From the NCBI GenBank assembly GCA_964553795.1, contig CAZKMR010000004.1, positions 53,621-117,620 on the forward strand: a stretch of 64,000 bases of DNA, given 5' to 3'. The first letter of the stretch is position 1; the number at the start of each line of letters is the position of its first letter. This DNA is from an uncultured Bifidobacterium sp. (GTDB lineage Bacteria; Verrucomicrobiota; Verrucomicrobiia; Limisphaerales; JADLHS01). The position numbers were made by a program, and so were the translations under genes. Of this stretch, positions 35,311-44,803 are shown piece after piece. The notes beneath the pieces are model-generated. The model saw only the letters and a program-made list of their open reading frames with translations. It had not been told where the DNA came from and did not search any database.

Positions 35311-36627
35311 ATGACCTGGCTCATCTCCATCTTCGCGGCGCTGATCTCCGGCGTGGTCGGTCTGTTGCTCGCGGGCGTCATCTCGAATGCCTGCGTGTCG
35401 TGGTACAACGTTTCAAGTCGCGAAGGGGCCGCCGGATACTTTGTTATATTCACCGCGCTCGCTGGCGGCGTTGCGGGGGTGATCATTGGTTTGATCACCG
35501 CCCGACTCATCGCGGCAAACTACGGCCCGAGCTTCTTTAAAGAATTGGGTGGCGCGCTTGGGGTGGTGTTGGTCCTCTCGGGCCTCGCCGCGTTGCTGTG
35601 TCGCCTGCTGGCCGATGTGCCGCCGCGAATTGATGGTCGCGATCTCGATCTGCACGTCGAATTTCGCTTTCCCACCGACGCCAATTCCGCTCAACCGCCA
35701 ACTGCCACCGGCGAATGGAGCGTGCAACTCGATGCGATTTCGAACCAGCGCCAACGCGATTATCGAATTGGTTCGGTTCATACCAACGCTGCCCGGCTCG
35801 AGAATGATCGCTGGATCGTGCCCACCGAAGTTTTTCTTTTCACCGCGTGCGATCGCCGCGGCCTTCGTTTGATTCGCGACGGCCAGGACGTCGGCAGTTT
35901 TCTGCTCCCGCTTCCGGCACACCCGAAAAAGAATTTTGAAACGTGGAGCGATTGGCTGCCCCGCCAACAAGCAGACGGTCAACCTTGGCCTGCGGATAAA
36001 TTGTCGTATCGCTTCCGCGTGCAGAAGGAGCCGCCACCCGCACCGCGCAAAACCAAAGAAGAACACGAGGCCGAAGCCGCCGCCGAAAAAGAAGCCGAGT
36101 TCGCCGCGATTCCCGCCGACGCGCCGGTGCAGAGCTGGTTTCCGTATCTCGCGTATGAACAGCCGCAAACCGAACGCGCGCGAAATCTTGTTACCCGCCG
36201 GCCCAACCTCGCGCAGGAATTGGGCGTGCTCGCCACGAATGAAGATGCCCGGCTCGCCGAAGCCGCGATGCGTTGCATTGAGCAATTGCCCAATCCCACC
36301 GCTGAATTCATCGCGCCCATCGAATCCGCAGGTCGAAACCTCGCGGGACGTCTGCGCGCCGTGAACGTCACCACGGTCGAGCAAGACCCCGGTTATCACG
36401 GCGCGGCGGATATTGCGATTCGTTTTAGCGGTTGGATGGCGGCAGTCCGGACCTTGCGCGACAAAGCCGGCGGCGATTTCACGCCGGAACTTAAAACCAT
36501 TCTCGAGTTATCGCGCGTGCGCACTGACAGCACCGTGATGCGCTCGAGCGTTTGCCGCGTGGCCAGTTATTATCTGCATCAATGGGCCGGCATCGCGCCT
36601 TTGCCAACTGATCCGCCGCCGCGTTGA
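35311..36627 (+). CDS. Hypothetical membrane protein, 3-4 TM + about 330-aa soluble region (cluster gene 8)
   Basis: MTWLISIFAALISGVVGLLLAGVI, YFVIFTALAGGVAGVIIGLI and LGGALGVVLVLSGLAALLC, then a soluble region with a charged EEHEAEAAAEKEAE linker. The start at 35311 was chosen because 35227-35310 is repeat-derived. Confidence 0.65.
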   Translation: MTWLISIFAALISGVVGLLLAGVISNACVSWYNVSSREGAAGYFVIFTALAGGVAGVIIGLITARLIAANYGPSFFKELGGALGVVLVLSGLAALLCRLLADVPPRIDGRDLDLHVEFRFPTDANSAQPPTATGEWSVQLDAISNQRQRDYRIGSVHTNAARLENDRWIVPTEVFLFTACDRRGLRLIRDGQDVGSFLLPLPAHPKKNFETWSDWLPRQQADGQPWPADKLSYRFRVQKEPPPAPRKTKEEHEAEAAAEKEAEFAAIPADAPVQSWFPYLAYEQPQTERARNLVTRRPNLAQELGVLATNEDARLAEAAMRCIEQLPNPTAEFIAPIESAGRNLAGRLRAVNVTTVEQDPGYHGAADIAIRFSGWMAAVRTLRDKAGGDFTPELKTILELSRVRTDSTVMRSSVCRVASYYLHQWAGIAPLPTDPPPR

Positions 36628-36631
36628 CCGC

Positions 36632-37807
36632 ATGAACCTCACCGCCGAACAACAAAAGGAACTCGCGAAGTTCCCGCCGCCACTCCGCGCGTTGATCGAG
36701 GCGGAGCTCGCGGCGGGCAACGACATTGTCGAGATCGGGCACAGTTTCCCCGCGCCACCGGCAGGCGCTTATTTCAAGCTCGCGCAAAAAGTCAGCACGC
36801 GCCCGCGCGCTTCGAGCGGCGACCTGTCTTTCTACGAACGTAACAGCTCGATTTACTCCGGCGAGTTCACCGATGCGAAACGATTTTATTTCGTGATCGA
36901 ACCGCCAAATCCACCACCACCCGAACCGGACATGAATGCGATCCGCAAGGCGCTTGAGCCGAAATCAGATTCGCTTGCGCAACTCGCCCAGCGAGCGACG
37001 GGTTCCAATATGGAAATTGCTCGTGACGAAACGTCGGAAGAAATTGAGGTTCGAGGACGAGAACGAGGACGAATGGAGGAGGCGTCGGCGCCACAACGTC
37101 CGCTGACATCTGTCGAAACCGCCACCAGTTCGAAGTACGTTTTGCATTTCGAAGATAAGCGGCCTCCGCACGAAGTTCAGTTCGCACTAGAGCGAGAACT
37201 CACCACGCTGTTCGCTCCGGCAATGGACCAAGGCAAGTTGACCATGCTCGCCAGGGCGAACGTGATCGGCACGCGCTACTTCTTTGAGTTACGCTTCGAA
37301 GCGGCGCTGTTTTTCAGAAATTGTTATTCGCTCCGCGTCGAAGCGTCATGGGCCGAGCAACCGCTCAAGAATCACGATTACTGCCGCAAAACTTTCGACA
37401 GTTGGTTCAAGCTCTGGACGCGCGATTTGATGGCCGCGAATCCGCCGCAGCCTGATGCTGGCTCAGCAGAACGCTATCGCAAATTGTGCGACGCGACGTT
37501 GCAAGCGGAAGCGCACCTTGATTCCGTCGCCGCGATTCAACAAACCATCGTGGCCGAAATGAAACACGGCGGTTCTTTCGGAACGTCGCACAAAGAAGGC
37601 GGCACGAATATTTATTGGCGGAGCGGTCGCTTCATTCGTTCGGATTACGGAGAGAATCCCGATCAGAAAGAGTTCACGGACGAAGCCGAGTTTTTGAAAA
37701 TGCTCCACCAATTCTGCCACTGGGACGCCGCGCGCCATGCCGGCCCCAACAAGCTTTCCGAGTTCGACACGTGGAAACTCATCCTGCGCCAGATGCGCTC
37801 CAAATAA
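36632..37807 (+). CDS. Hypothetical soluble 391-aa protein (cluster gene 9)
   Basis: 4-nt gap after gene 8. Coding-like composition. Proline-rich linker PPNPPPPEP between an about 95-aa N-domain and the remainder. Confidence 0.65.
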   Translation: MNLTAEQQKELAKFPPPLRALIEAELAAGNDIVEIGHSFPAPPAGAYFKLAQKVSTRPRASSGDLSFYERNSSIYSGEFTDAKRFYFVIEPPNPPPPEPDMNAIRKALEPKSDSLAQLAQRATGSNMEIARDETSEEIEVRGRERGRMEEASAPQRPLTSVETATSSKYVLHFEDKRPPHEVQFALERELTTLFAPAMDQGKLTMLARANVIGTRYFFELRFEAALFFRNCYSLRVEASWAEQPLKNHDYCRKTFDSWFKLWTRDLMAANPPQPDAGSAERYRKLCDATLQAEAHLDSVAAIQQTIVAEMKHGGSFGTSHKEGGTNIYWRSGRFIRSDYGENPDQKEFTDEAEFLKMLHQFCHWDAARHAGPNKLSEFDTWKLILRQMRSK

Positions 37808-37813
37808 CTCGCC

Positions 37814-38947
37814 ATGTATTACAAATCACCTCTCGCCCTCGGATTGATCGTCGTCATTCTCGTGCTCCTCGCAGCGGGATTGGCCGCGTGGAATTTTATT
37901 TCCATCAAATCCACCGGTCTGCCGCTCGGCCCGGCGGTGCGCACACCGACGCATATTCTGCAACTCATCCACACCACCGAGCGTTACCTGCCGACCTTGC
38001 ATCGCAATCCCGCTAAAGACCGCTTCCGCATTGATCTGCTGGCGATCTCCTTGAGCGATCCAACCAGACAAGAAACCTTCACACTCTTGCGGCAACAGCA
38101 GGCGAATGCGTTGACACCGGTGACGAAAATTCTCGGCGCGGACGGAAACGTCGTGTGGATTAATGCGCTCGAACTCTTCGCCGTAAATCTGGAAACGAAA
38201 CGCATCGCGCGCGAAACGGATTTGCGGAAGGCCAATCCGGAACTCGAATTGTTTCTGGCCTCGGCCCGCCCCACCTTTACTGATCGCTTCGTGGCGGTGT
38301 CTCCGGACTGGAGTCAGGCTTACGAATTCTCGGCGGAAACACTAAAAGCGACTGCTTGTCTGCCACCCGCGCGCGGCTCGTGGCTGGAAGAGCGCGGCGG
38401 CGATCGTGTTGAAAACAGCTTGTGCTCCGGCGGTTTGGTTTCCACTAACGAATGGATTGCCGTGGCAACGGCGAAGGACGCGGCGAACGATTTCAAAGCA
38501 GGTTTTTCGTTGTCGCGCGATTTCACTGCCGGTGAAAAAGATCACGTTCGTCAACTGTATTGTGGCAAGGTTGACACCAGTGCGGCGCGTCTGCGCATTG
38601 AGACCAGCGAACGCCTGACCGCGACAGAATATCGCGCCGGGACGTTCCTGCGCGCGAAACCCGGTGGAACAATTCTTCAATCTGACAATCCCGACAGCCT
38701 GTTTCTTTTGCATCGCGTCGGAACAGAACTCTTCGCGCCGTTTACGCTGACCCGTCTCGCTCCGGACGGCAGCCCGATCTGGGACAGCGCCACAGGCATC
38801 GGACGTTTGCATCAAGTGTTGTCCGGCACTGACAGCATCGTGTTGATTGGCGAGCGTCCACCCATTCCAAACAAAGTTCCCGAGCCGGTTCTTGTTTTGA
38901 TCAATCTGGCGACCGGCGCGACGCACACGGTTTCTCTGTGGCGATGA
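37814..38947 (+). CDS. Hypothetical membrane-anchored 377-aa protein (cluster gene 10)
   Basis: 6-nt gap after gene 9. TM helix LALGLIVVILVLLAAGLAAW, followed by a beta-rich-looking domain. Confidence 0.65.
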   Translation: MYYKSPLALGLIVVILVLLAAGLAAWNFISIKSTGLPLGPAVRTPTHILQLIHTTERYLPTLHRNPAKDRFRIDLLAISLSDPTRQETFTLLRQQQANALTPVTKILGADGNVVWINALELFAVNLETKRIARETDLRKANPELELFLASARPTFTDRFVAVSPDWSQAYEFSAETLKATACLPPARGSWLEERGGDRVENSLCSGGLVSTNEWIAVATAKDAANDFKAGFSLSRDFTAGEKDHVRQLYCGKVDTSAARLRIETSERLTATEYRAGTFLRAKPGGTILQSDNPDSLFLLHRVGTELFAPFTLTRLAPDGSPIWDSATGIGRLHQVLSGTDSIVLIGERPPIPNKVPEPVLVLINLATGATHTVSLWR

Positions 38948-38971
38948 ATGCGGCGCTGGCGGGTTGGTAGC

Positions 38972-39092
38972 AGTTTTCGCGCGGCGAAAACTCCGCCCGA
39001 GCCGCAGCGGGCGGAAGGGATTGGCTCAGTTCTCACATCATCTTTCCTGTTGCACCGCTCCACGCGGCGCTACTGCTCGCAGCGCGAGCAGT
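38972..39092 (+). repeat. Three-hairpin structured repeat family C, copy 1
   Basis: Hairpins AGTTTTCGC-GCG-GCGAAAACT (38972-38992), TCCGCCCG-N8-CGGGCGGA (38992-39015) and ACTGCTCGC-AGC-GCGAGCAGT (39072-39092). Same order and spacing as 62691-62805. Confidence 0.8.
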
Positions 39093-39174
39093 TCCACCAC
39101 CTCCGGTCATCCGCCCGCGCAGCCGTCACTTCCCGAGACTTGGAACTTCTGTCCCTTGTGACTAAATTTCCGTC

Positions 39175-39882
39175 ATGGGTCTGGCTGAAAACCTGGAGCG
39201 GATTGAAAATCAAATTCGGGCTGCGTGCGAACGCGCGGGTCGCCCGCGCGATTCCGTGATGTTGCTCGCCGTTTCCAAAACGCATCCGCCGGAGACAATT
39301 CACGAAGCGACGAATCTTGGCTTAACGTTCTTTGGCGAAAACAAAATTCAAGAGGCAAAGGCGAAGATTCCCCACTGCCCCGGCAACGCGCGCTGGCATT
39401 TCATCGGCCATCTGCAATCGAACAAATGTCGGGATGCGGTCGAACTCTTCGAAATGATTCAAGGCGTGGACAGCCTCGCCATCGCGCAGGAGATCAACAA
39501 ACGCGCGGAGCAAGCGGGCAAGACGATGCCGATTCTGCTCGAGATCAATGTCGCCGGTGAAGGCAGCAAGTTCGGCTACCAGCCGGAACAGATGTTGACG
39601 GACCTGGAAGCGATCAACGCCCTGCCCCGATTGGAGATTCACGGGTTGATGGCGATTCCGCCCTACACACTAGTGGCGGAGAAATCACGGCCATATTTCC
39701 AAAAGCTGCGCGCGCTGAAACAACAGGCCGAGGCGGTGATCGGCGCTCCGTTGCCGCATTTGAGCATGGGCATGAGCGGCGACTTTGACGTGGCGATTGA
39801 GGAAGGTGCGACGATCATTCGTGTTGGCACGGCGTTGTTTGGCGAGCGGTTAAGCACGGTTCGGCGCGACACGACCGCGTAA
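39175..39882 (+). CDS. yggS: YggS-family pyridoxal-phosphate homeostasis protein
   Basis: LLAVSKTHP (PLP lysine), FGENKIQEA, HFIGHLQSNK, SMGMSGDF and IRVGTALFG. Confidence 0.92.
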   Translation: MGLAENLERIENQIRAACERAGRPRDSVMLLAVSKTHPPETIHEATNLGLTFFGENKIQEAKAKIPHCPGNARWHFIGHLQSNKCRDAVELFEMIQGVDSLAIAQEINKRAEQAGKTMPILLEINVAGEGSKFGYQPEQMLTDLEAINALPRLEIHGLMAIPPYTLVAEKSRPYFQKLRALKQQAEAVIGAPLPHLSMGMSGDFDVAIEEGATIIRVGTALFGERLSTVRRDTTA

Positions 39883-39908
39883 ATACTTTTTATTTCTCAA
39901 TTCACGTT

Positions 39909-40259
39909 TTGGCGCTACGCTGTCTCCGAGTGACAATCGAGACGTTCAAGAAAGAAATCGCCGCCGCCCTCAAGGCCTACGATAAATACATCGTTTGCCT
40001 CGAGAAATCTTCCGAGGAGTTTGAAGCCTCCCTGCGTTCGCTCATGGAAAAGGCGATTCACGCCTACGAACATCGCGCGCCGGGCATGCGGCACGGTCTC
40101 GCGCTCGATAAACAGGTCACGATCATTCTCAGTCAGAGCGACAGCGCGCGACCGCTGTGCGGGATTTATTTCAATCTCCACTCGCCGTATCAGAAGAACG
40201 CCCTGCCCAGCACGGTTAAGGCCGTCGAAAAAAAGTCTTCCTCGGACAAAGAGAATTGA
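39909..40259 (+). CDS. Hypothetical protein (about 110 aa)
   Basis: The + strand ORF has a K/E-balanced composition, while the antisense ORF 39915-40292 is R/G-rich shadow-like. The start is non-ATG (TTG at 39909 or GTG at 39930). Confidence 0.4.
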   Translation: MALRCLRVTIETFKKEIAAALKAYDKYIVCLEKSSEEFEASLRSLMEKAIHAYEHRAPGMRHGLALDKQVTIILSQSDSARPLCGIYFNLHSPYQKNALPSTVKAVEKKSSSDKEN

Positions 40260-40288
40260 CCGCCCGCGGCGGAGCGTAGTCGCCGCGA

Positions 40289-40699
40289 TCAATACTCCCG
40301 GATTTCGTCGCCTTTGAGCGCTTCGCCGGAAATCACATCTGCAACCGTAGAGTAATCACGTTCCGGTCCGGTAATCCGCACTTCGCCGACTTTCAATCCC
40401 TGCCGATACACGGCGAGCCTCTGGTCGCGCACCGGCAGATTGCCGACGGGAAATTCGATCACCACAAAGCGCCCGGCGGGATTGTAGGCAATCACGCTAC
40501 CCACGAGCCGCGGCTCGGGGGTGACGATCAATTGCGGCTTGGTTTTTTCCGCCGCACGCTCCGGGACGTTGCTGCGCGCGGAATTATTCGCCGACGGCGC
40601 CGAGGAGGCGCAGCCACTGACCACCAATCCCGCGACCACAAATCCAACGGCACTGGCGCGGCGAATCATCCGCAACATTATTGCTGCGCGCGCGTTCAT
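40289..40699 (-). CDS. Hypothetical lipoprotein
   Basis: Lipobox LVVSGC after a basic N-terminus. Immediately follows the cupin gene on the minus strand. Confidence 0.6.
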   Translation of the reverse strand: MNARAAIMLRMIRRASAVGFVVAGLVVSGCASSAPSANNSARSNVPERAAEKTKPQLIVTPEPRLVGSVIAYNPAGRFVVIEFPVGNLPVRDQRLAVYRQGLKVGEVRITGPERDYSTVADVISGEALKGDEIREY

Positions 40700-41065
40700 C
40701 TAGGTTTCCGTGATGACCGTATCCGCGTGTTCGTACGCCGGCGCACAACAGCATAACAGGTGCAGCACCACGTCGCCCGTATTCCACAGCTTGTGCTTTT
40801 GCCCGGGCGGAATGGCGATCGCATCGCCGGGCTGGACGTCGCGCTCGGCGCCTTCGATGCGAATTTTTCCCGTACCATGCGTGATGTAATAAATTTCCTC
40901 GGCCTGCGGGTGATAATGTTCCTGCGTGCTGCCGCCGACCGGCAGCCGCGCTTCGGCCAGGCTTTGGTGGCGAATGACGGAATTGCGATGGGCGAGCAAT
41001 TCCCGGATTTCCGAGCCGTCTTTGGTGATGAACGCCGGGACGTCGCCAAGATTTTTCACATCCAT
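40700..41065 (-). CDS. Cupin domain protein
   Basis: 121 aa with GGSTQEHYHPQAEEIYYITHGTG...PGDAIAIPPGQKHKLWN (cupin motifs 1 and 2). Confidence 0.85.
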   Translation of the reverse strand: MDVKNLGDVPAFITKDGSEIRELLAHRNSVIRHQSLAEARLPVGGSTQEHYHPQAEEIYYITHGTGKIRIEGAERDVQPGDAIAIPPGQKHKLWNTGDVVLHLLCCCAPAYEHADTVITET

Positions 41066-41079
41066 AAGTGGAGAACGTT

Positions 41080-42036
41080 TTACAATTCTGGAGCGGGCCG
41101 CGCAACTCTGTTGGCCGCGATCTGCCCCAGAACAACTCCCAAGCCGATCAACAACAGCGCCACCAGGAACGTCGGCGTCACCGGCTCATGCAGACAAAAG
41201 TGTGCCCAGGTCATGGTGCTCACGGGAATCAGATTGTTGAACAACAGCACCCGGCTCGCCGGCCAATGCACCAACGCGCGATTCCACAAACCAAACGACA
41301 TCACCCCGCCCGCGACGATGCAATAAACCTGCACCCCGATCAGTCCGGGCGACAGCGGCAAACCGTAGTGCGCGACTTCAATCAGTGCCAGCGGCAATAG
41401 CAGAATTCCCGCGCGCCACATCGTGTGCGCCGAAACTTCCGCACCATTCAATGTCGCGGCGAGCTTGCGGCTCTGGCGACCGTATTTGGTCCATAACAAA
41501 CTCGCGACGAGCCCCAATATTTCCCCCGGCAAATTTACCTTGCCGCCCGCCAGAGACGGCCAGACCAACACTGCCACGCCGCTCAGCGCCAGTATCGCGG
41601 CCACCCAGCGCACCAACCCGATGCGCACGCGGTCGGCGATAGCTTCCCACAACAACGCCCAGACCGGCGCCGCGCCCAAATACAACGCCACATGCGACGC
41701 GGAGGTGAACCGTAAGGCGTAGTTAAACACGACGATGTAGGCGGCCAGGCTTAAGCCGCCCTGCCACCACAAGGCCCGATTGACCTCGGGAGATGGTTTG
41801 ACGTATTCGCCCAACCAACGCGTTCCCCGCAACACCGCGAGCAATAAAAGTCCCGCGCAAAAGAACCGCGTGCCGCCGGTAAAAATTGGCGGCCACGAAC
41901 CGACCAGCCATTTCGTCCCGGCATTGTTGCCGCCCCAAAGAACGACGGCAAACACGAGCCCGGTCGCGAGACTGGCATTGGATTTTCCATTCCACACGCG
42001 GGGAGTTAGCCAATCCGACCGGCGCGAGGCGAGCAA
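41080..42036 (-). CDS. DMT-superfamily (EamA-like) transporter
   Basis: 318 aa with about 10 hydrophobic helices in two halves, as in a duplicated EamA domain. Confidence 0.8.
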   Translation of the reverse strand: MLASRRSDWLTPRVWNGKSNASLATGLVFAVVLWGGNNAGTKWLVGSWPPIFTGGTRFFCAGLLLLAVLRGTRWLGEYVKPSPEVNRALWWQGGLSLAAYIVVFNYALRFTSASHVALYLGAAPVWALLWEAIADRVRIGLVRWVAAILALSGVAVLVWPSLAGGKVNLPGEILGLVASLLWTKYGRQSRKLAATLNGAEVSAHTMWRAGILLLPLALIEVAHYGLPLSPGLIGVQVYCIVAGGVMSFGLWNRALVHWPASRVLLFNNLIPVSTMTWAHFCLHEPVTPTFLVALLLIGLGVVLGQIAANRVARPAPEL

Positions 42037-42180
42037 TCATTTCTCACGGTCACCGCGCCGCAGGTCCGATTCTGCCCGGTGTCGTCCGCGGTTTTTCAAA
42101 TCCGCTCCCTACAAACACCTCCGCTACGTGTAATCACGGTCGGACGGATTTTGTCCCACACTCCATGGAAAATTCAACGC

Positions 42181-42438
42181 ATGCAAACTCGTCAACCACC
42201 CCACAGTCACTGCGACGCCTGCGGCGAACCGATCCACTACGGCAAGCCGGCGGTGAGTTTTTGTCGCGTCACGGAACAACGCGACCTCGCCGGCGCGTCC
42301 AATTACGACCAAATCACCATCCTGGACAGTCTGGACCTGTTGACCTTGTGCCCGGCCTGCGGGGAAGGTTTCAGCGTCACGGACGCCGAAAAAATCCTGC
42401 GCGATGAACTCAAACGCCGACAGGTCCACCGCAATTGA
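42181..42438 (+). CDS. Small hypothetical zinc-ribbon protein (85 aa)
   Basis: CDACGEPIHYG...LCPACGEGF (CxxC...CxxC). The frame was chosen over the R-rich ORF 41886-42407. Confidence 0.5.
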   Translation: MQTRQPPHSHCDACGEPIHYGKPAVSFCRVTEQRDLAGASNYDQITILDSLDLLTLCPACGEGFSVTDAEKILRDELKRRQVHRN

Positions 42439-42548
42439 ATTTGAGAAGCTGCCGCAATGGCTTTGCTCCGAATCCATCAACCTGTAATTGCGCCGCCCAT
42501 CTGCCACTGGGACGGTTTTTGTCCGACCGTCGATGATAGCGTTCCCCC

Positions 42549-42983
42549 ATGAGATGGATCGGGAAAGAATTCATGGCGGCGTTGACGGTTTTATTGACGT
42601 TTCCAGCTCGTCTGCTGAGTCGGCCCAAAGCCAAAAACGCTCCGCCCAACACCGTCGCGCCACACGCGAAGTTGCAACCCCGGCTCTGGCTCGCCGACTG
42701 GCAAAAAGTGCGCCGCGTGCCGCTCGGCGAGTCCGTTCACCCGACCGCGCAACGGTTGATCCTCGCGGCACTGCGCCACGAGATTTTGCGCATCCGCTAT
42801 TTGAGTGGCAGCACGCCGGGCGCGGAACGAGTCATTTCTCCCACGATGGTTTTCCAAGTGGGCGGTTGCGGACCACTGTATGTGTCGGGTTATTGCCATT
42901 TGCGTGGGGAGGAACGCGTGTTTCGCGTGGATCGCCTGGAGCTGCTGGGGAATGCGAATGACATTGTTTGCATCACAGAGTAA
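42549..42983 (+). CDS. WYL-domain protein without recognisable HTH
   Basis: [55 protein letters not shown] fits the WYL-domain pattern (...YL.gYC..r.e.R.FR.DRi). Confidence 0.6.
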   Translation: MRWIGKEFMAALTVLLTFPARLLSRPKAKNAPPNTVAPHAKLQPRLWLADWQKVRRVPLGESVHPTAQRLILAALRHEILRIRYLSGSTPGAERVISPTMVFQVGGCGPLYVSGYCHLRGEERVFRVDRLELLGNANDIVCITE

Positions 42984-43060
42984 TCGAACGTGATCGTCAC
43001 GATGTCTTGAACGGCAACTTTCCTTTTGCCCTGTGGTCGCATCTTTGTTTTCTTTCTCCC

Positions 43061-44701
43061 ATGGCTGCAAATCCACTCGCCGGTAAACCCGCGCCCGCAA
43101 ATCTGCTCATTGATGTCGCGAAGCTCGAACGCGATTACTACGAACAGAAACCGGACGTCGCCAACCCCAATCAACTCGTCAGCTTCGGCACGAGCGGACA
43201 TCGCGGCACGCCGTTCAACGCCACGTTCACCGAGGCACACATTCTCGCGACGACACAGGCCATCTGTGAATATCGCAAGGGCAAAGGCATCAGCGGTCCG
43301 CTTTACATGGGCAAGGACACCCACGGCACCTCGGCGGCCGCCCAGCGAACCGCGCTCGAAGTCCTGTGCGCCAACGGCGTCGAAACGTTCATTCAAAAGA
43401 ACGATGAGTTCACGCCCACGCCGTCAATTTCGCACGCAATTCTGACTTACAATCGGGATCGCCAGGAAGGACTGGCGGATGGCATCGTGATTACGCCGTC
43501 CCATAACCCGCCCGAGGACGGCGGGTTCAAATACAATCCGCCCAACGGCGGACCGGCGGATACGGACATCACGGGCTGGGTGCAGAATCGCGCAAACGAA
43601 ATTCTTCGCGGGGGCAACCGGGCCGTGCAACGCAAGCCGATCACCACCGCGCTGCACGCCAGCAACACGCACCACTACGATTTCATCACCCCCTACGTCA
43701 CCACGCTGGGCGAGGTGATTGACATGGACGCCATCCGCGCGGCAGGCGTGCGAATCGGCGTTGATCCCTTGGGCGGGGCCTCGTTGCACTACTGGCGGCC
43801 GATAAAAAACCACTACAATTTGGATCTCACGTTGGTGAACACCAATGTGGATCCGCGCTTCAGTTTCATGACGGTGGATCACGACGGTAAAATCCGCATG
43901 GATTGCTCCAGCCCGCATGCCATGGCGAGTCTTGTCGGGTTGAAGGACCAATTCCAGGTTGCTTTTGGCAACGACCCGGATGCGGACCGGCACGGCATCG
44001 TCACGCCGTCGGTCGGTTTGCTGAATCCAAATCATTATCTGGCAGTGGCCATCAACTATCTGCTCACCCACCGTCCCGCCTGGAAGAACTCGGCGGCGGT
44101 CGGAAAAACCTTGGTCAGCAGCAGCATTATTGATCGCGTGGTCAGCGCGCTTGGGCGGAAACTCATGGAAGTGCCCGTCGGCTTCAAGTGGTTCGCGCCG
44201 GGATTGGCGGATGGCTCGGTGTGTTTTGGCGGTGAGGAAAGCGCGGGCGCGAGTTTTCTGCGACGCGATGGCAGCGTGTGGAGCACGGACAAGGACGGAT
44301 TGATTCTCGGTCTGCTGGCGGCGGAAATCTGCGCCACGACGGGCAAAGATCCCGGGCAACATTACGCCGAACTCACCGCGAAATTTGGCGCGCCGAGTTA
44401 CAAGCGCATTGATGCGCCGGCGACGCCGGAGCAAAAGAAAGCGTTCAAGAAACTCACACCCGAAGCCGTCGCCGCGACGTCGCTCGCCGGCGATGTCATC
44501 ACACAGAAACTCACTCGCGCGCCCGGCAACAACGCCGACATTGGCGGCTTGAAAGTCTGCACCGCGAATGGCTGGTTTGCCGCACGGCCCTCCGGCACGG
44601 AGAATATTTACAAGATTTACGCCGAAAGCTTCAAAGGCGCGGCACATCTGGATGACATCATTGCGGAAGCGCAACACATTGTGACCGCCGCCTTAAAATG
44701 A
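43061..44701 (+). CDS. pgm: Phosphoglucomutase, alpha-D-glucose-phosphate specific
   Basis: FGTSGHRG (phosphoserine loop), [12 protein letters not shown] (metal loop) and [10 protein letters not shown]. The ATG at 43061 was chosen. Confidence 0.92.
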   Translation: MAANPLAGKPAPANLLIDVAKLERDYYEQKPDVANPNQLVSFGTSGHRGTPFNATFTEAHILATTQAICEYRKGKGISGPLYMGKDTHGTSAAAQRTALEVLCANGVETFIQKNDEFTPTPSISHAILTYNRDRQEGLADGIVITPSHNPPEDGGFKYNPPNGGPADTDITGWVQNRANEILRGGNRAVQRKPITTALHASNTHHYDFITPYVTTLGEVIDMDAIRAAGVRIGVDPLGGASLHYWRPIKNHYNLDLTLVNTNVDPRFSFMTVDHDGKIRMDCSSPHAMASLVGLKDQFQVAFGNDPDADRHGIVTPSVGLLNPNHYLAVAINYLLTHRPAWKNSAAVGKTLVSSSIIDRVVSALGRKLMEVPVGFKWFAPGLADGSVCFGGEESAGASFLRRDGSVWSTDKDGLILGLLAAEICATTGKDPGQHYAELTAKFGAPSYKRIDAPATPEQKKAFKKLTPEAVAATSLAGDVITQKLTRAPGNNADIGGLKVCTANGWFAARPSGTENIYKIYAESFKGAAHLDDIIAEAQHIVTAALK

Positions 44702-44803
44702 ACCGCCGCCAGCAATACCGGAAAATACCTTGCGGGAACTGGTAAAGAGTGGTTGGCTTGATTTGCAGATACCTGCATCGCCTCCAAACCAATATCGCAT
44801 TTT

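Noticed and set aside
35413-36399. 328-aa minus-strand ORF inside the cluster
   Set aside because: It is antisense to cluster gene 8. It has R/G-rich low-complexity stretches (FFFGGGFGLVFFFGFARCGWRL), whereas the + frame has clean TM helices and fits the same-strand operon layout.
43424-44677. 417-aa minus-strand ORF
   Set aside because: It is antisense to pgm, whose active-site motifs (TSGHRG, DPDADR) are clear.
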